The notes beneath the pieces were generated by a model. It was not told the origin of the DNA and did not search any database. It saw nothing but the letters and a program-made list of their open reading frames with translations. A stretch of 49,507 bases of DNA, filler included, from Trypethelium eluteriae (taxonomy: Eukaryota), in the NCBI GenBank assembly GCA_051942245.1. It is 2 parts of 2 records of this genome, joined end to end, with 100 filler letters (N's around TTAATTAATTAA, not from the genome) between each part and the next. Parts side by side here need not be neighbours in the genome. Positions count along the whole stretch, not along the records: positions 1 to 24,712 come from JAVECL010000394.1; 1 more part is not named here. One strand, written 5' to 3'. The stretch's first letter is position 1, and every line of letters begins with the position of its first letter. This document shows positions 11,378-24,812 of the stretch, in pieces. The translations under genes and the position numbers were made by a program.

Positions 11378-13296
11378 TTAGCCGCGAGCAAAGAAGTCAC
11401 CGAGTTCTTCCTCGACCAGATCATTCACTTTCTGGGAAATATCTGCAACCTTTTCCCGGAGGAGTTCGTCACCCATGTCGAATTTGTCAGAGACATGCTT
11501 AAATTCCTCAAAGTCAGGGATGACGTCAATCTCAACGTCAGGAATAGGGGCAATGTCGAACTCCGATTCCTCGAAGTCGATGTTGATTGTCTTCCGGGCT
11601 GCGCTGTAGCCGCCCTCATCAACGATGGCGGAGTAGTTGGACTTGCCGCCGCCATTCCAGGCGAGGATCTATGATAGCATTAGTGTCATGGATTTATCGA
11701 TATGCGACAGTAGGATGTTGGCAGGTTCTAGGGAGAGATAGGTTTTGATACTTACATTCTTTGTATCACTTGGCACATTATCAAGCATACCCTCGGTCGC
11801 GATAGCAATGAGATTTTGCTTGAGCTTCTTGGGCGTAATGTCGGCAACAGCATAGGCAGAGTCCTTGGAAGGCTGAAGAGACAGCAGATACGCGAGGAGA
11901 CCAGCAATGTGAGGTGAGGCCATGGAGGTCCCAGAGATAGTGTTGACAGCATACTTGCTGCCGATCCAGGTGGAGAGAATGTTAAGACCAGGAGCAAAGA
12001 TATCATTGCACTTCCCGTAGTTGGAGAAGTAGGCGCGCTCGTCTGAGAGAGTTGAAGCACCGACGGTGACGGCTTTCTCGGCGGCAGCAGGAGAATAGTT
12101 GCAAGAATCGGCGTTGTCGTTACCAGCGGCAACAGCAAAGTGGATACCGGCATCAACAGCGGCGTTGACAGCCAAGTCAAGTGTGGGAGACTTGCCACCG
12201 CCCAGACTCATGTTGGCGGCGCTGCCCTTGAAGCCCTTCTTGCCTTTGCCTTTCTTTGCTGCCTCCACCTTCTTCGAATGCTCCTCAGCAGCGTACTCGA
12301 CACCCTTGACGACGTCACTCATACTGCCCGAGCCGTTGGACCGAAGCACTTTGACAGCCTTGATGTTTGCCTTCTTGGCAACGCCGTACTTCTTTCCGGC
12401 GACAGTGCCGGAGCAGTGGGTTCCATGTCCGTTGCCATCTTTGTCCTCGTCGTTAGTTGGGACGGTCTTGCCCCAGCTTGCCCGACCTTCAAAATCCACA
12501 TGGTCAACGTTTGTGCCTGTGTCAATGACATAAACATCGACTCCCTCGCCACCGTCGGCTGAGTACAAGTATTTGTTGAATGTTCCAAAGCTAAGGGCGC
12601 TGCGGTGGGAAATACGGGCGAGACCCCAGGGAGCGTTTCTCTCAACCTCGCCGGAGTTATCGCTCATCGTGTGGACTTCGGAGTCTTTTTCGATATAGTC
12701 AACCTGTTGCAAGCATGTAGGTTAGCCTTGTCCAAGGCAAAAATCCGACGGCATGAGTGGTTCGCAGCTCAAGACACCAGCGATGCGCATCATGTTACCG
12801 TCTGCACCATGCCTACGAGCAACCATTTTGACGGCCAGATTAAGTGCGATGGAAATCATCCATGTAGTGCGTGCGGGGACTCGAGACCGAAGCTTCGGTT
12901 GTGATGTGGCAAAGGAGTGGCACTTACATCTGGATGCCTACGGATCTGCTCAATGACATCCTCGTCAAAATGTCCAGAGTAACCAAGCAGACCATTGGGA
13001 ATGTGGAAAGTGTGCTTTAAGCCTTCGTACACTTCATCGATAAAAGGGAACTGGCTTCGTTTCCGGAGCTCTAGCCTCTCACTCTGACTTGTCGTGTGGA
13101 GGTCTTGGACCCATTTGTGATGGGCGGCAGTTTCGTGATGCTTCACGTGCTTTTTGAGTATGACCATATATGAGTTAGGAATCTCCTTGGCGTCAACCGA
13201 GGAGAGAATAGGAGCAGCATCTTGATGGATGGTGCCAGTGTTGAACACAGGCGACGCTGACGCAAGCAGCGGCAGGAAGGAAAAGAGGACCTTCAT
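11378..13296 (-). CDS. PRB1: Vacuolar subtilisin-like serine protease (proteinase B / Alp2 / Spm1)
   Basis: Exons 13296-12928, 12703-11756, 11668-11378. Signal peptide, I9 propeptide, catalytic motifs VIDTG, GHGTHCSG and SGTSMASPH, Lys-rich insert and acidic C-terminal extension typical of the vacuolar clade. Confidence 0.96.
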
Positions 13297-13408
13297 AATG
13301 GTGGTCGGCCAACCCAGTATTAGAATGAACAGAGCACTAAATGGAAGGAGAAAGTCGATGAAGAATGAGGGTGGGAATGAGTCTATGGTGATGATGGAGT
13401 GTTGAGTC

Positions 13409-13439
13409 GATAAGTGGACGGTGGGATGGAGCTCTTATC
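13409..13439. promoter_or_regulatory. Paired GATAAG sites upstream of PRB1 (possible AreA/GATA nitrogen regulation)
   Basis: GATAAG at 13409-13414 and CTTATC at 13434-13439, facing each other 110-145 nt upstream of the PRB1 ATG; a third GATAAG at 14063 lies near BPH1. Short motifs, function inferred only. Confidence 0.3.
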
Positions 13440-14149
13440 AAGCTGGAAGGCAACAGGTCCTGTGACACAGCACCATACAGAGCACGCATAGCATCATGGC
13501 CCCGGAGCCGGGGCGGCGGAATGGCTGGCGGCGTCTGAGCGAAACGCGCTACTACCTAACTGGGTAGTCGGGGCAACGCCTCACGAGACAGACGGAGGCA
13601 GTCTTGGCATAAATTGTGAACATCCAAACGAACAAGACGAGTTCAAATTAGGGCAAGTTATATCGCTTGCCTGGATACTGTAAATACTGGTGATTCCCTC
13701 GTGGGCGATCTGGTCTGAGGCACCCACGTACCCAACAACGGGAGCTCACCCAGCTGAATGACGTCTGGTTGGCCCAAGCTCGTCTGCGGTTCAACCTCGA
13801 GGTACCTGGAGTACTCCGTGCTGTCTTACTCGAGCCCGCCAGGTGATGTGTGTCAGCTGTCTTTCTTGATCGTTGTTTGCAGATGATTGCCCTTGCATCC
13901 TGCACGCTTCAAAATTCTCGCGTTTGACCTCTTCTTACTCGAAGCTAGCACAGACAATCCCGCAAATCAAAGTGCTGCACCGACGCTTTCCAATGTCAGC
14001 TGCGCAGCCTTCAACACTGCAGGTCGAGGCTGCAACGCAGCACTTTCCTTGTAGTGTTTACCGATAAGGGTATTGTGTCTCGAGCAATGATAGCTCGAAG
14101 GAAGAATATCCACCACAGAACCCCGAACTCCGCTATCGGGGGCTAAACT

Positions 14150-17100
14150 ATGGACGGTCGTGCTCGCCAGCATCGCTCGTCTTCAGCTGCATCCAGCGCC
14201 TTTCCATCGAGTCCCGAGGTCTCAAAGCTTCAGGAACTACTGAAGACACTCACCGAATGTGCAAAGAAGGACCACGAAACCCTAGAGCTCGGAGATTATT
14301 CCTCGATATCGGATAAGCTACGCGAAGTTCGACCGTTGCTCATAAACTCCTCCCACTCTTTAAGATTGAAAGATGCGTTCAGACATGCACATGGCTTCGA
14401 GATACTGTTGGATGTTCTGGAATATATACAAGCAGGGAGTAACGCGACCTCGCTCTCCCTGGAAAACACCACTCAGACCTTGGAGCTGTTGAAAGCAGTC
14501 TTGAACGTACTTTCAGAGTCGCTGTATGAACATCGGGGCAACCGGCGGTACTTTGAAACTCGAGTGAGGTCCAATGGATGGCAAGCTCTTGAAAAAATCA
14601 TACGGGCAGCGGGTCTCGAACGATGCTGGCACTCTGAGGAGCTCCAGGAAAGCCATGTCTATTCCCATTTGTTCGGCTGCCTCTTCTCCTTTATGCTTCG
14701 CGATGAAGAAGCCGTTTCCGCCTTCAAAGGCTTAAAGAGCTTGATCAGTTCATCCGACGAATCTCAGAGCCAAATTGTGCTTCAAGACACCACGAACACA
14801 GCCAAAGGAGTGAAATCCCAAGGCAAGTCACAAGAGACCACCCATAGTGTTTCTCACTTACCCATTCGCGCCGTTCACCTTCGAGTTGAGAATGTTTTCA
14901 AGGATAGTGATCTTATCCAAAATCCAGAAATTTTACCCTTCATCTTTGACATGTGGCTAAGACTACCACGGGTGGAATTCCCTGATTCAACCGAGCTTAG
15001 ACTTCTCTCCTTATTCGTCATCAGCACTTACGTTAGACTTGCCAAAAATTCAGCGTTCAACTTGATAGCGATGCATAGTTCTGGTGTCTTCAGTCAAATG
15101 CTTCCCTTGCTGGTGTCCGCGGAATTGCCATCTGAGGAACAGGTGCAACTTCTATCTGTTTGCGAAGAGCTTGCTTGTCTCGGAGTGAATACACTAGAAG
15201 ATGCTCATAACCTCTATGATCTGGCCTGTCGTTCCGACAGTGCATCAGGTTTTCTGCACAAGGCGCTCGAGGCTTCCGCCGGCCCACCGTACATTCAGTT
15301 CGACCTGTCCCTCCACGGCTTCGCTTCCGCAGAATTGCCCACGCTAGGACAACCTTTTCCTCCCTTGTCATCGAGTGCTGGCTACACATTCACTGCATGG
15401 ATTCGTATAGACAAATTCGACAAGAGCTGCCACACTACAATCTTTGGCGCATTTGACGCTAGCCAGACCTGTTTTGTGCTGGGATACTTAGAGAAGGATA
15501 CACATCAGTTCATCTTACAAACCTCAATCACATCTTCGCGACCCAGCGTAAGATTCAAGAACGCATTGTTTGAACAGGGCAGATGGTATCACATCGCTCT
15601 CATTCATCGCCGGCCGAAGCCCACAGCGTCCAGCCGTGCCACTCTGCTCATTGACGGCGAATTCGTCGAGCAAGCCAAGGTACAATATCCTCAGAGCCCA
15701 CCCCAAACCAACGTAGCAACCGGGGGCTCCAGTACAGGGCATACCGAAACCCTTCGGAAGGCACTTCGCGTCCAAGCTTTTCTAGGAACCCCTCAAGACT
15801 TGGCTGCCCGGCTTGGGAGAAATGTTGTTTCAACCAGATGGTCCTTGGCATCCGCCCATCTATTTAGTGAAGTGTTGTCTGAAGAACTCATTGTGGCTTA
15901 CCACAAGGTTGGCCCTCGATACAACGGCAATTTCCAGGATTGCCTTGGGTCTTTTCAAACATATCGGGCATCCGCGGAGGTCAACCTCTACAATGAGACG
16001 CTACACCCAGGAAAGGAGGAGAAGTCAGACATCTTAACAGCTATGCGGCTCAAAGCTAGTGATCTTCTGGACGAATCTCGCATAATGCTCAGCATCTCAC
16101 CCACCAATGTCCTCGATGATGATGATCATAACAATGTGGATGAATCGCAGCTGATCAAATCGCTTTCTCGGCCAGCAGCGAAGAGCTTGCAGCATTACAC
16201 GAGGTCCGGGAGCAATGCAGTTGTCATTAACGCCGCAGTGCCAGCCATCAACGACGCTCTTACTCAGTTACACGGTGTTGCTATCTTAACGGGAGAACCG
16301 GTTGTCCTCGTCCCGCAACCTCTCGATGAAGCTAGCTGGCGTTTGGCAGGATGCGTAGCCGTGGGGTTACGGTTGCTACAAGCAGCGCAAACTAGCGAGG
16401 CTGTCATTCGAGCGGTCAAGATCATTTTTGCAACAGTCGATCACGACTGGAGAAATAGCGAAGCCATGGAGAAGGAACATGGCTTTGGTATTCTTGCGTG
16501 TTTACTCCGTGACAAGATGGGACTCTTCTCGACAAATGTATCAAGTTTCGGTAAAGCAGAACCGATTCATATTCAGGGAGGCGAATGGGATGCCTTCACC
16601 CAGGAATTATTACAAATCATCCTGAAGTTTGTGGGTTTCAATGAGCAAAGACCTGAAGAGTCCATGCTCGTAAACGCTTTAGCCTTCAGAGTGCTCCTCG
16701 TCGATTTTGATACTTGGAGAAGGACCGGCATCGAGACACAAAAATTGTACTACTCTGTCTTTGGCATCTTAGTAGACGGAAGCAAGTATCACAATTTTAA
16801 CGCCAGGAGGCTGGCTCGCATGCGTGAGTAATTGACCTGGACGGATCGGAACCCGCTAACTCAATTACAGGAATTATCAAACGATTTCTCGATGCACTGA
16901 AAGGCGAGAGGTTCAACGCCGACGTGCTTCCGCATTTTATGGGAGCTTTCAAATCTCTTATGAAATGTAGTCACTCGCCGGACACCTGGCGATCCCTTGC
17001 ACTTTTCGTGACTTTCGCCCTCCAGGATGATCGAGCGTTCCGTACTACTTCCTTACATCGATCTAAAAGTGCCGCTCTTCGCGTTCGTGCGAGATCTGCG

Positions 17101-20100
17101 CAGTATCTATCAAGTCCGAATGGCCGATCTTCACCAAGTAACGCTTCAGATCGAGATCCTTCTCCTAAACCGGGACTCTCACGCTCAGACCTAGCACTGA
17201 GTATTCTCGAAGTAATAGCTGACCTAGTGTGCGACAAGACCTCTACGTCGACAGCTTCACGGTTCGCCCGCACTGTTACTGTCAGGGTATGTGTTATTGC
17301 TCACAGTATTCTCGGCTCTTCTAATCCATGCACAGTGGACCTTGCATCTCCTAGCTGAGATGAACCCTCGAGTCATAGTACTTGTAGTCAAGATTATTGC
17401 TCGTCTATTAGTCGTCAATGGATCCACTTACGTGCGGAAATTTGGCGATAGAAGCGGAGGTTTCATAGTACTCAAGAATCGCCTAAGAGCGTGGTGGAAT
17501 GTACCCACTCTCTGGACAATCTGCTTCGCTATATTGTTTGGGTTCGACGTTGCGAAGATTAACTTCGAAAGAGATTTCGATCTATACAGCCTTATGGAGA
17601 CCTTTCTCGCAAGTGGCACTGTTGCCGTGAAGTATCCCGAGATCCTACCAGTTCTTACCTCAATGCTTGAGCAGGGCCTCCGGACTGTGGTGAAGCAGGA
17701 AAGTGAAGCAGCCACTCCTTCTGAGGCCAAAGAGTCGGCCCCTGCTCTACCTTCAGAGCCTGCAACCCCAATTCAGCGAAAGAGGCGATCAATGTCGTTG
17801 CAAAACGATATTACGAACGGTAGTAAGTCAAACCAGTAACTCTCTTGAACTATGCTAACTTCTCAAAAGTTGGCAAACAAAACTCGCAAGAGCGTGTTAG
17901 CTCGTATGGCGAGGTTTTGAATACAGTAATTCGATTCCTCGCGGATATCCAGACCCAATCACAGCCATTCAGTGACTTTACAATGACATCAACTTACGTT
18001 CAAGATCTTTTGTTCGTCCTTTATCCGGTAGTAGTAGGATCAGATAACGTCAGCGCCAATGAGGAGCTCCATTCAAAGCATTCCGTGCTCAACTTCCAGG
18101 GACAAGACGTTCCGATTAGGCCGCACTCAAGAAGTACGCTACAGTCTTCGCCTATTGTACGAACCAGTGTTGTAGATCCTCCTAGGGATTCAACTCATCC
18201 CCGGGCCGATCCTCTACGCCGAGGTTCCTCTTTCATACTGGTTACGTCGGAGTCTGGGAAGTATTCACCTTCCTCCGCTAGATTGAATCCAGTCATGTCT
18301 CCAGACAAGGACAAGCCAGTTTCTCTCAACATAGGCAATTCTATTGTTGAAGGACTATTGGAAGTCGTTGTTGCTGTATTCAAAGAGCAGATCTTTGAAC
18401 GAAAAGAATTCACTGGATTCGGTCTATTTCTTAAATCTCCTCCCGGATTTCAAGAACATCAGGCTTATTTTGAGTCATACGTTCTATTACATACAATGCG
18501 CGATCTATCAAACGCAGTTCAGCTGGAACAAAAGCAACTTTTGGAGCCTCGAGTTATCAATAACCTTGCGCGCTACTGCCACCACATGGGAGAAGCGGTC
18601 TACGAAGGATGGTTCATGAATGGTGCGGAGCCATTGCTCGACTTCACTGGCCACTTGATCGACTATCTGCAACGCCCTGACATCGCACAAGTTAAGAATG
18701 TGCGACTTTGTAGTCAAGCTATTTCAATGATTCGAACAACGTTTTTGCGAGTGGTCCTTCTCCGTTTATCAGAGCTTCAAGAATCAGAATCTGACGATGG
18801 CACGGTCTCTTTCTTGAATAAAATGATCTATTGGCAGACGATTCTTCTAGGCCCTGAGAACGTTGAAACTTATTTTCTACGACTCATCTGCTACCTTTTG
18901 TACACCAAGCTGGTCAGCATTCACCAGAGAGTCAGACTAGCCGCAGCGGATTTATGGCGTATGTTGCTTGTACAGAAGCCGAGCGAGACCTCATACATCC
19001 TCAGCCATGCATTCACAACCGAGCAAACACCCCTCACAAGTGGGTTCCTCAAGCTAATGGAAGTGGACAACGAAACATTCCTTTTCTGGATTGACGATCA
19101 CAGAGAGGAGCTTGACGCCTTATTTTTCGGAGCAATGTCTAAGATCTGGGAACAATTTGTAGCAGAAGAAAACCGAAAGACCGAGGAAACGGCACGCAAT
19201 CGACTCAATAAACGAAGAGAAAAACTTAAGCAATGGGCTGCTGAAGAGTCTGCAGCAGACAACATCAGTCATCGTCACGAGAGTGCTACCAGTCATTGGC
19301 GCGTAAACATTCACTCTGCCGAGCGCATGAAACATCAACGCGCCCTTCAAGATGAGCAAGACAATGTCATATACCTCGGTTCGTGCTATGACAAACTCGA
19401 AAAACTTCTCCGGAAGCCTTGCGGACTCTTGAAAGATGAGAGACCTCCTAAGTGGCAGCTTGATGAGAGCGAGGGTAGGAACCGGATGCGGATGCGAGTC
19501 ATACCAGCCAAGGGCATACAACAGGATGATTACCAACCAAAACGCAAAGTCTCAGAAAAGTCCAAAGTCAATAAATTGAAGTTAGACACTACAGTTGGCA
19601 AAGCCTCTTTTGAGGCAATCAACGCAACACCAGCACTTGTTCGAGCAGCTTCGGAAGGACGACCATCAGCCAACCGGCTTCGATCGGACAGTAGCGTATC
19701 TAAAGACGCAGATATACAGGAAGACGACTTCGAGATTGTCGATGAACCTGCCGAAGATGCCGACAACTTCGAGGACAAGAATCGAAAGGTCTTGCGAAGC
19801 CTTCAACGTGGAGACGAAGTGCAACACTTGAGCAACGTCGCTCGAATTGTTGGTCTAGAACCTGTAGAAGGACTTCTCATCGTTGGGAAAGATTCACTGT
19901 ATCTCATGGACGATTTCTTCCAGCGCGCAGATGGTGAGGTTATCAGCGTAGCGCAAGCATCTGCTGAAGAGCGCGACCCATATCTACAAATGATTGCCGG
20001 CCGCGAGACAAAGACACGGAAACCTCAGTCTGCAACTGGAGAACTCATGATTCGGCACTGGAGATGGGGAGAGGCAATTAGCATCTCCAAACGTCGATTC

Positions 20101-22296
20101 CTATTCCGAGACGTTGGCATCGAAATCTTCTTTGCAGATGGACGAAGCTATTTACTCATTGCACCCTCACCCGCCGTTCGTAATGATCTCCATTCCAAAC
20201 TCCTCGCACGAGCTCCCCATGTGTCTTCTTCCGCCCCATCTCCATACGGCGAAGACACTTGGAGGCTTGAGTCATTGAGAAATCCCGATGATACTCCCCA
20301 GTCATTCGGTTCGAGATTTGCAAACGTTTTCAATTCGGCTGCAGCACATCCTGCAACTCGTAGATGGGTTAGAGGCGAGATCTCAAACTTCCATTACCTT
20401 ATGCTTGTCAACACCATGGCTGGAAGAACATTCAATGATCTCACACAATACCCCGTTTTCCCTTGGGTTCTTTCAGATTACACGTGCGAGGAACTGGATC
20501 TCTCCGATCCTAGAACTTTCCGCGATCTTTCGAAGCCAATGGGCTGTCAAAACCCAGCGCGTGAGGCCGATTTCCGGGAACGATACAAGTCTTTTGCCGA
20601 AATGGGTGGTGATGACGCTCCTCCATTCCACTACGGTACTCATTACTCCTCAGCAATGATTGTCACATCATATCTCATCCGACTGCAACCATTTGTCCAG
20701 TCGTATTTACTCTTACAGGGAGGCAACTTCGATCACGCCGATCGTCTCTTCTACTCGATTGAGAAAGCATGGACGTCAGCTTCGCGAGACAACATGAGTG
20801 ATGTTCGAGAACTCACACCTGAATTCTTCTATCTGCCTGAATTTTTGACCAACATCAACGAATTCAATTTCGGGACGAAACAAGGAAACAACGAACAGAT
20901 AGACAATGTCAATCTTCCGCCATGGGCGAAAGGCGATCCGCAGATCTTTATCGCCAAGCATAGAGAGGCGCTCGAAAGCCCGTATGTTAGTCAACACCTT
21001 CATCAATGGATCGACCTTGTCTTTGGCTACAAGCAACGCGGTGAAGCTGCTCTCGAGGCAACGAACGTCTTCCATCATCTTTCCTACCAAGGGGCCAAAG
21101 ATCTTGACAGCATTGAGGATCCACTCGAGCGAAGGTCTACCATCGGTATCATCCACAATTTTGGTCAAACACCCCATCAAGTGTTCCAACGACAACATCC
21201 GCCCCGTGAAGAAGCACAGTTGTCCGCTCGTCGATTAGACAACGCAGCTGAGTCCCTGACCAAGTTACCGTTCACACTCCTCGAAAGTCAAGAGCGCGTC
21301 ACATCACTCATCTACTCCCAGAAGCAAGACCGTCTCCTCTGCTCTGGTGCGTTTCGACTGAACATCCCACCAACGCACGAACGATACATGGAGTGGGGTT
21401 TCGCAGATGGCAGCGTGAGGTTCTATGATGCTGGGAATCGGAAACTCGTCGGACTCTTCGAACATCTCCACACAACGCAGCTCTCACACGCGCTATTCGC
21501 CGATGCGAGTACGCTCGTCACTGCGGGCAACGATTCTGTCGTCTCCATCTGGACCGTGGCGTCAGCATCGAAGCACGTAGATCTACAGCCGAAGACTTCT
21601 CTCTTCGGTCACAAGAATCCAGTCACGATTCTGTGTGCAAGTCGAAGTACAAGTACCCTGCTGACAGCTGATACGGGCGGCGCAGTGTACCTTTGGGATC
21701 TGAATCGTGAGGAATTCATTCGAACGCTTCGAGATGGGACGCCAGATGGTGGTAGCGGACGCCTAGAGTGTGCAAAGATCAATAATGTCACGGGCACTAT
21801 TGTGCTCTGCATCGGGCGAGGCATCCTGCTGTACACGCTTAATGGTACGTTGCTGCTTGAGCAAGTGGCAGGCGAAGCGGAAGATGATCACATCGCAAGT
21901 TGTGCGTGGTATGAAGGAGTCGGTAACGAATGGCTTGAGCGCGAGCTGCTCTTCACCGGTCACAAGTGGGGGATTGTAAATGTATGATTTCTAATGCTCC
22001 CCTGATCTGCCTCATTGGTGTGGCACTAATATGATTGGAAATACAGATATGGAACAAGGTGGTGGGTCGTGATGGCAAGTGGCACCTTCGACTCGTAAAG
22101 AGGCTGGATCAGAATGACCCACCTAGGGACGGAGTGGCTAAGTCGGCGGCAGCGATAAGCTGTTTATTGCCCATGGCTCAGGCGGTCTACACGGGAGACG
22201 AGGATGGCATGGTGGTGAGTTGTCCCCTGGAAATACTTCTCGTTCTATGCGCTGACCAGCCTCTAGTACGAATGGGATTGCGTGCAAAGACAATAA
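14150..22296 (+). CDS. BPH1: BEACH domain protein (Bph1/LvsA/ALFY-like), about 2628 aa
   Basis: Exons 14150-16823, 16871-17286, 17336-17822, 17870-21981, 22047-22214, 22267-22296, phases consistent. ConA-like region GYTFTAWIRI, PH domain RRFLFRDVGIEIFF, BEACH motifs ISNFHYLMLVNTMAGRTFNDLTQYPVFPW, HYGTHYSS, DVRELTPEFF and FGQTP, then WD40 repeats. Confidence 0.95.
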
Positions 22297-22979
22297 CCTT
22301 ATTCTCACTGGGCTTTTGGAATGGCTGGCCGCCTTCACCTGCATTTCTAGGCATTTTTCGAATGTCAAAATCTTATTTGGCTGCATGCCCAGTAGACTCC
22401 AAAAGCGTGGCTGCAGATAGTACCTATATACCACCTCACTTTGAATTAGTTTCCAGTAGAACAAAGTTTATATAGCATGAAAATTTCGACGAAAATAAAA
22501 AGGCGACTTGGCTTTCCAATAGTGGTACAGTTTTGGGTTGGCCGTATCACCACCGCGGAATTAGCCGGTCTGCAAACCCAAATTGCTTACATAAAAATGA
22601 AGCCATCTCTCAGCTCGCGCTCGCGCTCGGCACTTCATTTCAAAACGTTTGATAAGCAACCACTAATGCGTCATTCCTCAAGAGCTATCATGAAACCTCT
22701 ATCAGTAGCTTACGCTACCTGGCGCCGCAGGGTTTGCGTCAAGCGATGCATAACCGCCTCGGCAGTCTCCTCGCCATTCTCGTCCTGACTGTCGCGATAG
22801 TCTATCAGGCCAACATGGCCCAATCGCTCTATCGAACGTGTGTACCCACTCTTTGGCAGTCCCAAATATTTAATAGGACTGTGCCCCTCGCGTCCAGTCT
22901 CTACTCAAACCTCAAGTGTATTACCTCCTCAAGTCACTCTTCGCAGCCTCTCACCAGGAAAGCCTTCTCGTCCTCCACC

Positions 22980-23721
22980 ATGGCTTCTCAAAAGTCCTTC
23001 ATGGATGCAGTGAAGACTCGCCGCACCTATTACGCCATAAACAAGCAGGCTCCAATCAGCGACGACAAGATCGAAGAGCTTGTCAATGACACCATCCTAC
23101 ACGTCCCCAGCAGCTTCAACTCCCAGAGCGCGCGCGCTGTCGTCCTGTTCAAAGACGAACACGACAAATTCTGGGACTTCGTCATCGAAGTCCTCAAGCC
23201 AATGCTACCAAGCGAGGAGCAAGTGAAGAGCTCGACCCAGCGCATCAATGGGTTCAGAGCAGGCTATGGGACTGTAAGTCATCAATACCACCACACTCTC
23301 TTCCCGTGTCCAATCTGCCCCCCGGGCAACTCCCCAGTCCTCTCATTTCCAATCTCTCCAATGAAATCAGGCTGACGAGGACGTACTTTCTTCCCCCTCG
23401 CAGATCCTGTTCTTCGAAGACCCCAAAATCGTGACCGGTCTCCAGACCAAGATGCCCCTCTACGCCGACAAGTTCCCGCAATGGTCCGAGCACACCTCCG
23501 CCATGCACCAGTTCGTGCTGTGGACGGCGCTGGAGGCCGAGGGCTTCGGCTGCAACCTGCAGCACTACAACCCGATCGTCGACCAGAAGGCGCAGACCGA
23601 GTGGAACATCCCGCAGGAGTGGCAGCTCAAGGCGCAGTTGGTGTTTGGCGGCAGGGCTGGGGAGCCGGGGGAGAAGAGCCAGACGCCGCTGGAGCAGCGG
23701 GTGTTCGTGCATGGGAAGTGA
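22980..23721 (+). CDS. Nitroreductase family protein, Frm2/Hbn1 type
   Basis: Exons 22980-23273 and 23404-23721. Motifs RRTYY, PSSFNSQS, GYGTILFFED, LQHYNP, AQLVFG. In-frame upstream ATGs at 22746 and 22815 make the start uncertain. Confidence 0.92.
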
Positions 23722-24712
23722 ATGGGAGAAGGGGGGATAGACATGGTTGCATTTGAGATGGTGTCATAGAGGGCTTTGTGCTCATGCATGGGAAGAAGGA
23801 GGTCTTGGCATTTCGACCTCCGGGTTCTGCTGGTCAATAGAGGTAGCGTATTTACCATTTTGTCAATAGAAATACGTGTTTTTTTCGCGACCTATCGTCT
23901 TACCGACTCATCGTCTGTTCTTCTGGCTTACTTGCGCTCTTGTCACGGAAAAGAACAGGTAAACCCCTACTGTGTTATGTCTCCTTATCGCTGCGGTGGA
24001 GTCAATTGCCAGACACGTTTATAAATGCCCTGCTGTTGGCGTACATACGCAATCCGTAATTGGAGGTGGAAATAAAGAGCAATTCATTCTCTCCATGGCT
24101 AGCTTTCATTACTCGCTCACGGTGGAGAAGTGATTCATAACACTATTGCACGATTTATGAGGCCTAGCGTAGGGTAGGCTAGTTCTTGAATGAGTACTAT
24201 ATAGAATATAAGCAGATTAGGAGCATTGAGGGGGTGAAGAATTTGGGCCGGAAGACAGGCTATGCCTTAGTCTGGCACAGGGCGAACTAAAACTCAATGA
24301 AGCACGTGGAATTGGTCTAGCCCTATGGTCAATACACTGGACATAGGTCGTTAATTGATCCGAGCCTCGGTTTATAATCTCTTACGTACGCGGACGCTTG
24401 CAAGTCCCAATATCATTCACAATTCATCGGATTGTAGCGCATAAGAGGGAAAAGAGGGACAAAAAGGAAGGAAAGAAAAGAAGAAGAAAAATCTCCACAC
24501 CCAGAAACGCTTAAAACAAGTTAGTAATTTAGTGTGTGAAATGGGCTTGGTATGCTAGAGGTGTTCCGCACCACCTGCACGGGCGCACCACCTGCACACC
24601 CAAACCACGGATTTGACCATGCCTTCCAACGCGAATAACTCCACGGATTCTGAAGCTTTTCGCGCAGCGATTGCTGCAGCAGATGCGCAGAAGAACCCTA
24701 ATTACTCTCAAC

Positions 24713-24812
24713 NNNNNNNNNNNNNNNNNNNNNNNNNNNNNNNNNNNNNNNNNNNNTTAATTAATTAANNNNNNNNNNNNNNNNNNNNNNNNNNNNNNNN
24801 NNNNNNNNNNNN
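24713..24812. other. Assembly gap or artificial contig spacer
   Basis: N44 + TTAATTAATTAA + N44, exactly 100 nt; the central 12-mer is a palindrome with stop codons in all six frames. Confidence 0.97.

Noticed and set aside
24445..24490. Purine-rich GA tract before the gap
   Set aside because: Ordinary low-complexity sequence with no linked feature.
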